The notes beneath the pieces are model-generated. The model had not been told where the DNA came from. It ran no database searches and was given only the letters and a program-made list of their open reading frames with translations. Positions 52,582 through 63,746 of a stretch of 64,000 nucleotides of DNA are shown in pieces (position 1 is the stretch's first letter; each line of letters opens with the position of its first letter). Source of the stretch: Pirellulales bacterium (lineage in GTDB: Bacteria > Planctomycetota > Planctomycetia > Pirellulales > PALSA-1355); contig CAVTBU010000002.1 of NCBI GenBank assembly GCA_963733035.1, forward strand, positions 1-64,000. Direction: 5' to 3'. Both the position numbers and the translations under genes were made by a program.

Positions 52582-53034
52582 ATGTCGACTGCAACCAAAC
52601 CCGAGATGCGTCGGATGCTGGTGTTCACCGCGGTGGGCGCGGTGAATACCGTGATCTGTTTCGTGGTGTATGCCGCACTCGTGGAGTTGGGCTGGCACTA
52701 TAACCTGGCGCTGTTTGTCGATTACGGGTTTGGCGCAATCTTTGGCTACGCGCTCCATCGCGTGGCCACCTTTTCCGACCGCACGCACCTGCGGCTGGCG
52801 TTCGGCAAGTATGCCGTGACGCTGGCGATCATGTTGATGGTCAACTTTGCGGTTCTCGATGCGCTCGTTGCCGGCGCTTGGTTGTCGCCGCTGGCGGCGC
52901 AAGCGGTGGCCCTGGTCGTGGCCACGTCGGTCAGTTACCGCTTGCAAACCCATTGGGTTTTCCGATCACACGAACGACCCGATTCGACGACCATTGCGGC
53001 CGGCCAGGAATTCTCGGATCGGCGCGCCGCTTGA
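52582..53034 (+). CDS. GtrA-family membrane protein
   Basis: FTAVGAVNT..four TMs..SYRLQTHWVF. Confidence 0.88.
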   Translation: MSTATKPEMRRMLVFTAVGAVNTVICFVVYAALVELGWHYNLALFVDYGFGAIFGYALHRVATFSDRTHLRLAFGKYAVTLAIMLMVNFAVLDALVAGAWLSPLAAQAVALVVATSVSYRLQTHWVFRSHERPDSTTIAAGQEFSDRRAA

Positions 53035-53050
53035 TCGGCCCGTAAACGAC

Positions 53051-53087
53051 GCGAGGCAACCGGCGCCCACGGGCACGGCTGCCTCGC
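53051..53087. terminator. hairpin between convergent genes
   Basis: gcgaggcaaccg..cggctgcctcgc stem; weak U-tract. Confidence 0.45.
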
Positions 53088-53130
53088 CTGAAATCTCCTG
53101 TGGCACGCAAAAAACTTGCGTACGCTGGCG

Positions 53131-53412
53131 CTACTTCAGGTCTTCCTTGGCCTTTTCGGCTTCGTCCTTGGCGTCTTCGGCGGCGTCTTTCACGGCGTCG
53201 CCGGCGTCTTCGGCGGCCTTCTTGGCAGCTTCGGCGGCGTCTTCAGCCCCCTTCGCCGCTTCCTTGCCAGCTTCGACCGCGGCGTCACCAGCCGCTTCGG
53301 TCGCTTCCTTGACTTCCTCGGCGGCATCGGTAGCCGCCTTCTTCGACTCGCTGCAACCGACGGCCAGCGGAGCCACGGCCACCAGCGCCAGCAAAACCCA
53401 AAACTTCTTCAT
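53131..53412 (-). CDS. Ala/Glu/Lys-rich lipoprotein
   Basis: MKK..LAVGC lipobox; low-complexity helical repeats. Confidence 0.85.
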   Translation of the reverse strand: MKKFWVLLALVAVAPLAVGCSESKKAATDAAEEVKEATEAAGDAAVEAGKEAAKGAEDAAEAAKKAAEDAGDAVKDAAEDAKDEAEKAKEDLK

Positions 53413-53571
53413 CGCGGAATCCTCCGAGCGGACAAACCCAAAACAGCGACCGCCAAGCCCCCTGGCCCGGCACGATACGTAAATCTACATCATGGGCCGC
53501 TCGAAGTGAGGACATAATGATCCGTAAGATCGCTCCAGCCGGCACGCGTGGCGACGATCAACTACCACAAT

Positions 53572-54657
53572 TCAGCCGACATGCCGCAACAGCGTCACAC
53601 GCCCCGTGGGAACCCATTCCACCACAAAGATATTTCCATCCTTGTCGTAGCAGGCGTCGTGGGGGTGGATGAAGCGGCCGGCTTGCCAGCGCTCAGGCTG
53701 GGTGCGCATTACGAGCTTGCCGCCGTTGAGAACCTGATCGGTCCACGACTGGTCGTAGCCCAGGTGCGTGATTACTTCGTTGTTGTCGTCCATGATCGTG
53801 ACGCGGGCGTGCAAGTCGGGGACCAGTAGCTCGCTGCCGCGGATGTCGAAGTGGGCCGGGAAACTCACGCCCTCAACGATCTTGATAAACTCGCCGTCGA
53901 GCGTGAAGTACTGCAGCCGGGCGTTGGCGCGGTCGGCCACCACGAGCGCCACGTCGTGGCCAGGGCGATTGTCGAGCCAGATGCCATGCGGCGTGCGCAT
54001 CTTTCCCGGTTCGGTCCCGGCGCCGCCCCAGGTGCGAATCCACTTGGCATCTTTGTCGTACTGGTGGATATAGCTGGAGCCGTAGCCGTCGGCCACGTAG
54101 AACCCGCCGTCGGGCGCGAAGGCCACGTTCGTTGGATTGAACTGCTTGAGGTCCTGATAAACGCCGGCCTCTTCCGGAAAGTGCATTTTCCAAAGTTGCT
54201 CGCCGGTGAGCGTTGCCTTGGCCACCATGCGATTCTTGACATCGCACAGGTAGAGGAACTCCTCGCCATCCTCCTTACGGATGTCGATGCCGTGTCCGCC
54301 GCCGGAGTACTCCTTGCCGAACGAGCGAACGCACTTGCCGTCTCGATCGAACACGACGATCGAGTCCATCGGCTCGGCGACCATCGTGCGGTGCTTGATA
54401 TAGATCAGCCCGTTCTCGTCGACGGCCACGCCATGCGTTTCGCCCCACACCACCTCGGCCGGCAACTCGCCCCAGCCGTGAATCGCCTCGTAGGTGTGCT
54501 CACCGCTCCCCAGCACCGGCAGCTTGCTGCCCGACTTGTCGTCAGCCCGCAAAATCGTAGGCAGCGTGGTGGTCGCCAGTGCCGCGGCGGCCGACGTTTT
54601 CAAAAAAGCGCGACGCGAAGCGGCGGTGGGATTCGAGTTCGGCTTGTCGGACGACAT
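53572..54657 (-). CDS. Tat-exported NHL beta-propeller, PAL-like
   Basis: SRRAFLK; GHG, VADGYG, PHG, VADRANAR, PHD. Confidence 0.85.
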   Translation of the reverse strand: MSSDKPNSNPTAASRRAFLKTSAAAALATTTLPTILRADDKSGSKLPVLGSGEHTYEAIHGWGELPAEVVWGETHGVAVDENGLIYIKHRTMVAEPMDSIVVFDRDGKCVRSFGKEYSGGGHGIDIRKEDGEEFLYLCDVKNRMVAKATLTGEQLWKMHFPEEAGVYQDLKQFNPTNVAFAPDGGFYVADGYGSSYIHQYDKDAKWIRTWGGAGTEPGKMRTPHGIWLDNRPGHDVALVVADRANARLQYFTLDGEFIKIVEGVSFPAHFDIRGSELLVPDLHARVTIMDDNNEVITHLGYDQSWTDQVLNGGKLVMRTQPERWQAGRFIHPHDACYDKDGNIFVVEWVPTGRVTLLRHVG

Positions 54658-54753
54658 GGCAGGCTCCTGGTTGGCAGTTTGGGGAGGAAGGCCGGTTCGC
54701 CTCCCATGATACTCGATGGCAACCGGCGGGCTCAATCGGCACCAACGGTGAAT

Positions 54754-55662
54754 TCAATGGCCAGCCGAAGAGCCCGAGGACTTCAAGTCCGCGATTTCCG
54801 CCCAGGTGGGAATCGAATCCATCGCGCCCGGCCGGGTTACACAGATGGCTGCGGCGCGACTGGCAGTGCTCAGGCATTCTTCGTTCGACCGGCCGCGCAG
54901 GCGGGCCGCCAGGAAGTAGCCAAGGAACGTATCGCCGGCAGCCGTGGTGTCGACGGCGTTTACTTTGCAGGCGGGCACGCGAAGCTCGCTATCGCTTTCC
55001 TCCGCGTCAATTTCCCAATATCGCAGCACGCTCCCTTCTTGGCCCAGCGTGACCAATAGTTCGCACTCGTCCAATTGTTCGATCAGCCCGTCTTCGAACG
55101 CTCTCCACTCCGATCGATTCGCGCAGAGGAGATCGACCAATGCGAGCGGATAGCGGCTGACTCGACGATCCAGCGGAGCCGGATTGAACGCCACGTACAT
55201 TCCGCGCGCGTTGGCAACTTCGATCGCATGGCCCACGCCGCTGGTTTCGTTCTGCGCCAGCAGCCACGAGCCCGGCTGCGCATCCCTCAGTGCCTCATCG
55301 ATTTCGGCCGGCGTGATCTCGGCATTCGCCCCGGCCAACAGCACGATGGAATTCTGTCCGCCGTTGTCCACCTGGATGATCGCCTGCCCCGTCGGCGAGT
55401 CGCCAACCAGTATGCCGCGCGTATCCACCCCCTCGGCCGCCAGCTTGTCGCGCAGCCACAAACCGTCAGCACCAATTTTGCCGATGTGCACCACCCGCGC
55501 CCCGGCACGGGCGAGCGCGACCGATTGGTTGGCCCCCTTGCCCCCGGCAAATTGGGCCAGCGACGTCGCGGCGATCGTCTCGCCAGGCTGCACGATGTGC
55601 GGCACGCGAAATACGCGGTCGATGTTTAGCGATCCCAGGTTGTAGACTGTCGGCGAAATCAT
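54754..55662 (-). CDS. rbsK: ribokinase (PfkB family)
   Basis: GSLNID, GGKGANQ, QNE, DTTAAGDTF. Confidence 0.85.
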   Translation of the reverse strand: MISPTVYNLGSLNIDRVFRVPHIVQPGETIAATSLAQFAGGKGANQSVALARAGARVVHIGKIGADGLWLRDKLAAEGVDTRGILVGDSPTGQAIIQVDNGGQNSIVLLAGANAEITPAEIDEALRDAQPGSWLLAQNETSGVGHAIEVANARGMYVAFNPAPLDRRVSRYPLALVDLLCANRSEWRAFEDGLIEQLDECELLVTLGQEGSVLRYWEIDAEESDSELRVPACKVNAVDTTAAGDTFLGYFLAARLRGRSNEECLSTASRAAAICVTRPGAMDSIPTWAEIADLKSSGSSAGH

Positions 55663-56591
55663 TGCGACTGGGACCAAAACAGATCGACCGTCTCGTGTGT
55701 GGTGTAGAGCCGCCACCGCTGGCCGTCGAACAACACCTGGCCGCTCGACTTGTCGCGCACCAGCGGGTTGCCCGCGTATTTCTCCCAGTGCACTAGGTCG
55801 CTCGAGCGGGCCACGTTCGTGTTCCACTCCGAACGAGGCCGTGCCGTGCCGTGGTAGTAGGCGTAGTACTGCCCGCCGAGTTTGATCACCTGGTTGAGCG
55901 CGATCATGTGCCGATCGTGCTCCTCGGGACCTGGAACGATAATCGGCTGGTCGCTCACGTTCGTCCAGGTTTTCAAGTCCGTCGACGTAGCCAACCAAAT
56001 GCCGGTATCGATTCGCTCATAGAACAGGTACCAGGTGCCGTTTTCAATCCACACCGTCGGCGTGCCGAATGGACCGGGCGAGAGCGGCTTGCCGTTGGTG
56101 TAGCGAATGTCAAGCGTGCCTTGCGGCTGCCAATGCACGCGGTCCGTGGAGGTGAGCCAGTGCGCGCGATCCTGCTCCCCTTCGGCGAACATGTAGTACG
56201 TGTCGCCGTGATGGACGACCATCATGTCTTCCACCCACACGCCAGCGAGCAGCGGCTCATCGGAATAGCGCTGCCAGTGGATGCCGTCGTTGCTGGTCGC
56301 GTAGCCAAGTTGCTTAATCCCCGCGCGCGTGCCGTCGTAGCCGGTGTACCAGAGATGCCAGCTGTCGCCTTCGCGCAAAATCCAGCCGCGTTCGCGAATT
56401 TTGGCATCCCATTGTCCGGGCCCCGCGCCGGTAAATAGTGGGTTGTGCACGTCGGGCGTGAACGAAACCAACTCGCGCGGAAACCCGTCCGGGGTCTGGC
56501 TGCTGGTCGTCTGGCGCAAACCAACCAACAGTGCGGCCAGCGCGGCGCAGAGGATCAACAGTGACTTGAGGGAGGTGGTGCGACGCACCAT
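55659..56591 (-). CDS. five-bladed beta-propeller glycosidase-like protein
   Basis: LWYTGY, YATSNDGIHW, ATSTDLKTW, SSDLVHWEKY..NP. Confidence 0.8.
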   Translation of the reverse strand: MVRRTTSLKSLLILCAALAALLVGLRQTTSSQTPDGFPRELVSFTPDVHNPLFTGAGPGQWDAKIRERGWILREGDSWHLWYTGYDGTRAGIKQLGYATSNDGIHWQRYSDEPLLAGVWVEDMMVVHHGDTYYMFAEGEQDRAHWLTSTDRVHWQPQGTLDIRYTNGKPLSPGPFGTPTVWIENGTWYLFYERIDTGIWLATSTDLKTWTNVSDQPIIVPGPEEHDRHMIALNQVIKLGGQYYAYYHGTARPRSEWNTNVARSSDLVHWEKYAGNPLVRDKSSGQVLFDGQRWRLYTTHETVDLFWSQSQ

Positions 56592-56800
56592 GATGTAACA
56601 GCTCCGGCGCAAGCAGAACAGCCAGCGGCCCTTTATCATACTCCTTTTTTGTCGGGATTGTCGCGAACCCAAGCGCCAGGAGGTGTGTCGGGGAAACGGT
56701 TACCACTCGACCGCGCCCTGCCGCCGCACTAAAATCGCCGGTTTCCGTTGGCGGCGTTGCCGCTCTTGGCACTTGGATTCTTTTTGTACGAAGGAACGGG

Positions 56801-57757
56801 ATGTCGCTGGCAATCCGCTGCTCCAACCTGGTCAAACGCTACGATGGCCGACCGCCGGTCGACGCCGTGCGCGGCCTTGATCTGCATGTCGAGCGGGGCG
56901 AATGCTTTGGCCTGCTGGGCCCGAACGGTGCCGGCAAGACGACGACCATCGAGATCCTCGAAGGCCTCCTTAAGCCCACTTCCGGCGAAGTCGAGATTCT
57001 GGGCTGGCACTGGGGAAAGTCCGACAACGAGATTCGCCAGCGGATCGGTATCTCGCTGCAGGAAACGCGGCTCTCCGAAAAACTCACGGTGCTGGAAACT
57101 CTGCGGCTATTCCGTAGTTTCTATCGCGAGGGTCCCGAGCCGCGCGAAACGCTGGCCCGAGTGTCGCTCGAAGAAAAGGCCGACGCCCGCGTGGGCAAAC
57201 TATCGGGCGGGCAGAAACAGCGTTTGGCCGTGGCCTGCGCGCTAGTCGGCAACCCAGAGCTTTTGTTTCTGGACGAGCCGACGACAGGACTCGACCCCAA
57301 TTCGCGCCGGCAACTATGGGATATCATTCGCGAAATCCGCGCGGGCGGCCGCACCGTGTTGATCACGACGCACTACATGGACGAAGCCGAACGGCTCTGC
57401 GATCGGGTAGCGATTGTCGATCAGGGCAAGGTGATCGCGCTGGGCACGCCACGCGAACTAATTGCCAGCCTGGGCGGCGAACACGTCATCGAGTGCTCGC
57501 TGGAGGGAAACGGAAAGGCCAACACGATCGATCCACAAGCCCTGGCCGATTTGCCGACCGTCAGCGAAGTGCGTCGCGAAAACAGCCACATGAGTCTATC
57601 GGTCGGCGAGCCACACGTGGTGTTGCCCGCCCTCTTGAATCGACTCGACGAGTTGCACTGCCAGCTAACCAGCCTCACGACGAGGCATGCCAGCCTGGAG
57701 GACGTATTTGTCAAACTCGCCGGCCGACATCTTGACGACCAGGTGCAAACGCCATGA
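56801..57757 (+). CDS. ABC-2 exporter ATP-binding protein
   Basis: GPNGAGKT, LSGGQ, FLDEPT, TTHYMDEAE. Confidence 0.95.
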   Translation: MSLAIRCSNLVKRYDGRPPVDAVRGLDLHVERGECFGLLGPNGAGKTTTIEILEGLLKPTSGEVEILGWHWGKSDNEIRQRIGISLQETRLSEKLTVLETLRLFRSFYREGPEPRETLARVSLEEKADARVGKLSGGQKQRLAVACALVGNPELLFLDEPTTGLDPNSRRQLWDIIREIRAGGRTVLITTHYMDEAERLCDRVAIVDQGKVIALGTPRELIASLGGEHVIECSLEGNGKANTIDPQALADLPTVSEVRRENSHMSLSVGEPHVVLPALLNRLDELHCQLTSLTTRHASLEDVFVKLAGRHLDDQVQTP

Positions 57758-58824
57758 AACAAACCGCCGAAGCACCGCCAAAACGGTACTGGCCGTTGGC
57801 CGAGCTGACGCTGGCGCGCCTTCGCGAGTTTTATCGGGAACCGGAGGCCCTGTTCTGGGTCTACGGCTTTCCCATCATGCTGGTTGTGGGACTGGGCATC
57901 GCGTTCCGCAACCAACCAGTGGAGCACATCGCCGTCGACGTCATCGAGGGGCCGCGAGCGAAGGCCGTTGTCGATGCGCTCGCCACACACGAGAAGTTCG
58001 TGCCGCAAGTTGTGACGAAGGAGGAAGCCCGAGTCGACTTGCGTACCGGTCGAACGGAGCTCGTCGTTACGCCCGGAACTGAAACCACGCCCAGCTACGA
58101 ATACTCGTACGATCCCTCGCGTCCCGAAAGCGCGCTCGCCCGCAATGCCGTCGACGACGCGCTGCAGCGCGCCGCGGGCCGCCAGGATGTAGCCCAGGTG
58201 ACGATCGAAGAGTTCGACGAGCCGGGCGGACGGTACATCGACTTTCTGGTGCCGGGACTGCTGGGCATGAGCTTAATGGGGGGCAGCATGTGGGGCGTCG
58301 GATTCGTGTCGGTCGACATGCGGATCCGCAAATTGCTCAAACGGTTCGTGGCCACACCCATGCGGCATAGCGAATTCCTGGGCGGGGTGATGCTCAGCCG
58401 CTTGCTATTTCTGGTCCCTGAGGTGCTGCTTCTGCTGGTCTTCGCGCGGCTGGCCTTTGGCGTCGTGATTTACGGCAGCCTGCTGACGGTGGCATTTCTG
58501 ATTTTGCTGGGCGCCGTTACGTTCGCAGGGCTAGGTCTGTTGATCGCCAGTCGGGCCAAGACGCTCGAAGCCGTCTCAGGTTTGATGAACCTGGTGATGA
58601 TGCCGATGTGGCTGCTCTCGGGCATCTTCTTTTCGTCAGACCGATTCCCGGCGGCAAGTCAGCCCTTTATTCAAGTGCTGCCGCTCACGGCGCTTAACAA
58701 TTCGCTACGGGCCGTGATGCAGGAAGGGGCGAGTCTTGCGTCGCAGCTTCCCGAGATTGGGCTGCTGGGCGTATGGGCCGTCGCGACGTTCGCGCTGGCA
58801 CTCAAGTTGTTTCGCTGGGTATAG
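57754..58824 (+). CDS. ABC-2 exporter permease
   Basis: YIDFLVPG, LSGIFFS, six TMs, ATGA overlap with ATPase gene. Confidence 0.92.
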   Translation: MKQTAEAPPKRYWPLAELTLARLREFYREPEALFWVYGFPIMLVVGLGIAFRNQPVEHIAVDVIEGPRAKAVVDALATHEKFVPQVVTKEEARVDLRTGRTELVVTPGTETTPSYEYSYDPSRPESALARNAVDDALQRAAGRQDVAQVTIEEFDEPGGRYIDFLVPGLLGMSLMGGSMWGVGFVSVDMRIRKLLKRFVATPMRHSEFLGGVMLSRLLFLVPEVLLLLVFARLAFGVVIYGSLLTVAFLILLGAVTFAGLGLLIASRAKTLEAVSGLMNLVMMPMWLLSGIFFSSDRFPAASQPFIQVLPLTALNNSLRAVMQEGASLASQLPEIGLLGVWAVATFALALKLFRWV

Positions 58825-58835
58825 CACGCAGCGAA

Positions 58836-60662
58836 CTACTGGCCGCTGGCGGTGGACTTAGCGGACCGGGCCGTGCGCGCGGCAGGCAAGGCCGCTTTGG
58901 TCTTGGCCGGTGTGGCTTCCATGAAACCGATCAGCATTTCGTCGAACGTTTGTTCGCCAAAGTGAACGAACCGGTCGGGGTTCGGGTTGGCAATGTTTTC
59001 CGGCGAGTTGTCATAGTGGGCAACGCAACGCATCCGGGTTCCCTTGGGAATGAACTTCGGTTCGGCAAACTCGTACGTCATTTGCCAATTGAAGTCGTAG
59101 TTGGGCACATCGAGCAAAACTTCCTGCGTGCCGTCCGGATAATAGGCCTCGTAACGGAACGATTTGCCGCGCAAATGCATGTGCGGAAACAGGCTTAATA
59201 GTTCCGTGTCCTGTCGAAACGTCCGCCAGCAGGTAACGCGGTAGTTGGGAAGCCGCGGCGGAATTAACAGCAATTGCGTGTCAACCGCCATCGTGCTGAC
59301 TTCCTGGCGGACGGTTTGCGGATCGGCAAACATCAGTCCGATGCTGCTGCGGTCTTGCTGCGGCGACCCGTTTGGCGTGTAGTGCATCTGGAAGACTAAT
59401 TGCGACCCCGCCGGCACCTTCTTGGCCAGGCCGTCCTCCAACAGCATCGGAGTGGCGCCCGGCGCCGTGGCGGCCAGAAATCCCCGGGAGATTCCTTCGC
59501 CCAATCCGCGCCGTTTTCCGTCGGGCGGCCGAATGAACACGATGATGTGATGCACGATCGACCGATTGCCGGCCTTGCACTGGGCTCCTTGCAGCCAGAC
59601 GTCTTCGGTAAAGCCCGGGTCGACGGCGAAGTACTTGTAGTCAACGACCCCCTCGGCCGGAACGTCGATCGCGTGGTCCGACATGAAGACTTCCTTGTCG
59701 ACCCGCGGCAGACGCCAACCAGTGGCATAGTGCTTCGGCTCGGGCAGTTTGCCTTCACCCTCGGGAGCGCCGGCGGCCACCCAATCGTAGATCGCCTGTT
59801 TCTCGTCGTCACTCATGCGGCAGTCGTTGCGCCATTTGCCGTGTTTTGGATCGGCGTACCAGGGGGGCATCCGCTCGTCACGTACGACCTCGGCGATCGT
59901 TTCGGCCCAGCCCACTACTTGGTCGTAGCGAGTTAGCGAAAATGGCGCGATCTCGCCTTCGCGATGGCATTCGACGCAGCGATTGTTGAGAATCTCCGCG
60001 ACGTCTTTGACGTACGTGACTTCTGCATCCTCTGCCGGCTCGTAAACCCGACCGATGAAACAACCGGGAGCTTCCGTTTGCGCAACGCTGACCGGCTTGC
60101 CCGCCAGAAGTTCCTCAATTGCGACAGCCAGATCGTGACGCGTCGCGGCGTCGCGCTGCCGACCGACCACGTACTTGTCGTCGATGCGGCCCCAATAGCG
60201 AATCACCCGGTCCTGGTCGAGAAGAAAGACTTCCGGCGTGCGTATTGCGCCCATCTGGTCGGCGACGACGTTGCCAACATCCTTCAGCAGCGGAAAACTG
60301 AAACCGTGCGTCTTGTAATAGGCTGCCAGTTCGGAAAGTGAGTCCTGCTGATTTGCGTTGATGGCAACGAACGCGACTCCGGACTCCGCGAAGCGAGCGG
60401 CCAGTTCCACAAGCCGCGGCGCATAGAGCTTGGCCAACGGACACTCGGTGCCGAGGTACGCGATGACCACCGCCGGTTTGTCAGCGAAGTCCGCCAACTC
60501 GTAGGGCTTGCCCTGGAAATCCTGGAGCTGGAAATTCTTAACCTTGTTGCCGACCGGTGAGGCCGCCTCATCCGCCGATAGCAGGCTTGCGGCACACGCT
60601 AGCATCAAGGCGGCGGCCAACAGCACGTTGGTCTTCCTGGCCAACGATTCACAATACTTCAT
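58836..60662 (-). CDS. secreted redoxin + c-type haem + copper type II monooxygenase-like protein
   Basis: ECP..TPEVF..YWGRIDD; CVECH; VHH, QMHY, PHMH, DEM. Confidence 0.85.
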   Translation of the reverse strand: MKYCESLARKTNVLLAAALMLACAASLLSADEAASPVGNKVKNFQLQDFQGKPYELADFADKPAVVIAYLGTECPLAKLYAPRLVELAARFAESGVAFVAINANQQDSLSELAAYYKTHGFSFPLLKDVGNVVADQMGAIRTPEVFLLDQDRVIRYWGRIDDKYVVGRQRDAATRHDLAVAIEELLAGKPVSVAQTEAPGCFIGRVYEPAEDAEVTYVKDVAEILNNRCVECHREGEIAPFSLTRYDQVVGWAETIAEVVRDERMPPWYADPKHGKWRNDCRMSDDEKQAIYDWVAAGAPEGEGKLPEPKHYATGWRLPRVDKEVFMSDHAIDVPAEGVVDYKYFAVDPGFTEDVWLQGAQCKAGNRSIVHHIIVFIRPPDGKRRGLGEGISRGFLAATAPGATPMLLEDGLAKKVPAGSQLVFQMHYTPNGSPQQDRSSIGLMFADPQTVRQEVSTMAVDTQLLLIPPRLPNYRVTCWRTFRQDTELLSLFPHMHLRGKSFRYEAYYPDGTQEVLLDVPNYDFNWQMTYEFAEPKFIPKGTRMRCVAHYDNSPENIANPNPDRFVHFGEQTFDEMLIGFMEATPAKTKAALPAARTARSAKSTASGQ

Positions 60663-60990
60663 CGCGTCACTCTCTCCGTTCGTCAATTCGGGCCGGTGTT
60701 CACGTTAGTCTGTACCTGCCAGGCAGCCGCATGGATTCAAACGGGAGCCTTTTTTTAGTGCCGAAACCGGCAAAGCGGAACGGAAGCCATCCCTTCGGGA
60801 CGTCGTGCTACCCCGTTGGAATTCCCGGGTTTTGCGGCATTTTTCAGAATTCCGAGGCAGAACGGTTGGCGGTTTGGCGGCGCCGGCTCGCGTGGTTGAC
60901 TTGAAGACAAATCTATCGACGCCGGCTAAGCTGACTGTCACCCGTTTCGGCAATTCCCCGTAACTTCTCCAGCAGACATTAGAGATTTTT

Positions 60991-62016
60991 ATGAAACCGC
61001 GGACATCCTCTACGCTTGCGGTGTGCGTTTGGGCACTGGCGACACCGCTGCTCGCAGGACAAGTCGACGGCCGACTCGACGTCTATTGGATCGACGTGGA
61101 AGGCGGCGCAGCCACGCTCGTCGTCACGCCGCGCGGGCAATCGGTGCTGATCGATACGGGCAACCCAGGGCATCGAGACCCCGACCGGATCATCAAGGTC
61201 GCAGCAGAAGAAGCGGGCTTGCGTCAGCTCGACCACGTCATCATCACGCACTATCACACGGACCATTTCGGCGGCGCCGCGACGCTGACGAAGGTGCTGC
61301 CGATCAAGCACCTGCACGACAACGGTATCTTCGAAGGCATTGTCGATCGGCCGGATAAGCCGTATCTCGAATGCGATGTCGAACGTCGCTCGGTCGTTTC
61401 ACCCGGTGAAGAAATCGACCTTGCCCAAAGCAACGCGGCCCATCTAACGATCAAATGCCTCGCCGCTCGCCAGCGCTACATTGATCCGCCGGCGGGCGCC
61501 GAACCCACACCCGGGTGCGCGGAGTTTAAGCCCAAGGCTTTTGACGGCACCGACAATGCCAACAGCGTCGTCACGCTGGTGACGTTCGGCCGCTTCGAGT
61601 TCTTCGACGCCGGCGACCTGACTTGGAACCTGGAAAAGGAACTGATCTGTCCGGTCAATCGCGTGGGCCAAGTCGACGTCTATCAGGCGAGTCATCACGG
61701 AATGGACGCCAGCAACAATCCGCTGTTGATCCGCGTGCTCCAGCCGCGGGTGGCCGTCATCAACAACGGCGCAACCAAGGGCTGTGATCCAGGCACCTTT
61801 GCGGCCCTTAAGGAAACCCCGTCGATCGAGGCAATCTACCAGGTACACAAGAACGTCCGCGACGACGGCTCACCAAACGCGCCCGATGAGTTCATTGCCA
61901 ACCAGACCAGGGACTGCCAGGCGAACTTCATCAAGCTTTCGGTCGACCCCAGCGGAGCGACCTACACGGTGAGCATACCCTCGCATGGCCACGCGCGGAC
62001 CTACCGCACCAAGTAG
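60991..62016 (+). CDS. secreted MBL-fold hydrolase (ComEC/Rec2-like)
   Basis: IDVEGG, LIDTG, THYHTDHFGG, NANS, GDL, SHHG. Confidence 0.9.
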   Translation: MKPRTSSTLAVCVWALATPLLAGQVDGRLDVYWIDVEGGAATLVVTPRGQSVLIDTGNPGHRDPDRIIKVAAEEAGLRQLDHVIITHYHTDHFGGAATLTKVLPIKHLHDNGIFEGIVDRPDKPYLECDVERRSVVSPGEEIDLAQSNAAHLTIKCLAARQRYIDPPAGAEPTPGCAEFKPKAFDGTDNANSVVTLVTFGRFEFFDAGDLTWNLEKELICPVNRVGQVDVYQASHHGMDASNNPLLIRVLQPRVAVINNGATKGCDPGTFAALKETPSIEAIYQVHKNVRDDGSPNAPDEFIANQTRDCQANFIKLSVDPSGATYTVSIPSHGHARTYRTK

Positions 62017-62023
62017 TGGCAAT

Positions 62024-62596
62024 CTATAGCAGGGGATCGTTGACAAACCGTTTCAGCAATGTGTTCGGCGGCACGGCCTGCGGATCTTTGACCTTCTGCG
62101 CGCCTTCGGCGCCGACGATCGGCAGCTTGCTGGGATCGAGCAGCCCTACTTGAGCGAGCGCCGAGGCCTGATCCCACAGAATATGCTCGTGATGCATCTT
62201 GCCGTTCTTGAAGGCAATGATGACGATTAATGCGAGTTCAACACGCCGGCCCGTCGGTGGCACGCCCGGAAGCAGCCAGTCAATCGGCGTGGTGTGCGTG
62301 AATCGGAGGATGATTTCGTCGACGATCTGGTCGCTTCCCACCGTCCTCGAGACAAGTTCATTCTCAATATCTGGAGGCATGCGGGGGATGAAGTATTTGC
62401 CATAGAAATGTTCGAGTTGCTTGCGCCCGTGGCCGCCGGCCAGCGTCGGCACGTGATTGACGTAAGCGTCCGGCACCATCGTGTCGCAAGAATCGACCGC
62501 ATTCTTGTCGACGAACTCGGCCCTCATGTGGGCTTCCCACAACTCAACCATCGCCCGTTGTTCGGCGCTGAGTCGGTCGGGATCGTAGCTAGACAT
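62024..62596 (-). CDS. SnoaL-like ester cyclase family protein
   Basis: [34 protein letters not shown]. Confidence 0.85.
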   Translation of the reverse strand: MSSYDPDRLSAEQRAMVELWEAHMRAEFVDKNAVDSCDTMVPDAYVNHVPTLAGGHGRKQLEHFYGKYFIPRMPPDIENELVSRTVGSDQIVDEIILRFTHTTPIDWLLPGVPPTGRRVELALIVIIAFKNGKMHHEHILWDQASALAQVGLLDPSKLPIVGAEGAQKVKDPQAVPPNTLLKRFVNDPLL

Positions 62597-62738
62597 GGCG
62601 TCCTCTCAAGTTTGCTTGCGAAATCAGGGGTATTACATAGCGTGCTCCGCCGGACAAATGCAAAATGAATTCGATGTCGACCAACGCGTCCGTCGCTACG
62701 ACGAGTCGTTGCCAATGCACACACCCGAGGGGCAACTC

Positions 62739-63746
62739 ATGATTCCCTTTTCGATCCTCGACTTGGCACCCATCTCGCAAGGCTCGACCGCGGCCGACGC
62801 CCTACGTAATACGCTCGACTTGTCCCAGCACGCCGAGCGCTGGGGCTACCGTCGCTACTGGTTAGCCGAACATCATAATATGCCCGGCATCGCCTGTGCC
62901 GCGACGTCGATCGTGATCGCCCACGTCGCCGCGGGCACCAAGACGATGCGGGTCGGCTCGGGCGGCGTGATGCTGCCAAATCACGCGCCGCTGGTCGTCG
63001 CCGAGCAGTTTGGCACGTTGGCTTCCCTATTTCCCGATCGCATCGATTTAGCGCTCGGCCGAGCGCCTGGCACGGACGGACTAACGGCTCGAGCGCTCCG
63101 CCGCGATCCGGCGGAAAGTGCCGAGCAGTACCCGCAGGATGTGCTGGAGTTGCAGCAATACTTCGAACCACTGACGCCGGATCAAAAAGTGCGGGCCATT
63201 CCTGGTGCGGGGCTGCGCGTGCCCATCTGGTTGTTGGGGTCCAGTCTGTTCAGCGCGCACCTGGCATCGATTTTTGGATTGCCGTTCGCGTTCGCCTCGC
63301 ACTTCGCCCCAGATGCGATGCTGCGTGCCATGGAAGTCTACCGCGCAAATTTCCGACCGTCGCGGCAGCTTGAACGCCCGTACGTGATGCTCGGCGTCAA
63401 CGTCTTCGCGGCGGATCGGGAGGAGGAAGCCCGTCGGCAGTTCACCTCGGTGCAACAGGCGTTTGTGCAGTTGCGTCGAGGCCAACCGGGGCCAGTGCCA
63501 CCGCCGATCGACGACATTGACGCGCTGGCCACGCCGAGCGAAAGGGCCGGCGTCGACCATGCGCTGCGTTATTCCTTCGTCGGCTCACCAGACACGATAA
63601 CCCAGCCCCTGCGCGACTTCATCACGGCCACGCAGGCGGATGAACTCATTATCGCGGGTCATTTTTTCGATCATGCGGCGAGACTCCGTTCGTTCGAACT
63701 GGCTGCGCAAGTGCGCGACCGACTCGCTGATGAAGGTTTTGGCTGA
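62739..63746 (+). CDS. luciferase-like (LLM) flavin-dependent oxidoreductase
   Basis: [34 protein letters not shown]. Confidence 0.93.
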   Translation: MIPFSILDLAPISQGSTAADALRNTLDLSQHAERWGYRRYWLAEHHNMPGIACAATSIVIAHVAAGTKTMRVGSGGVMLPNHAPLVVAEQFGTLASLFPDRIDLALGRAPGTDGLTARALRRDPAESAEQYPQDVLELQQYFEPLTPDQKVRAIPGAGLRVPIWLLGSSLFSAHLASIFGLPFAFASHFAPDAMLRAMEVYRANFRPSRQLERPYVMLGVNVFAADREEEARRQFTSVQQAFVQLRRGQPGPVPPPIDDIDALATPSERAGVDHALRYSFVGSPDTITQPLRDFITATQADELIIAGHFFDHAARLRSFELAAQVRDRLADEGFG

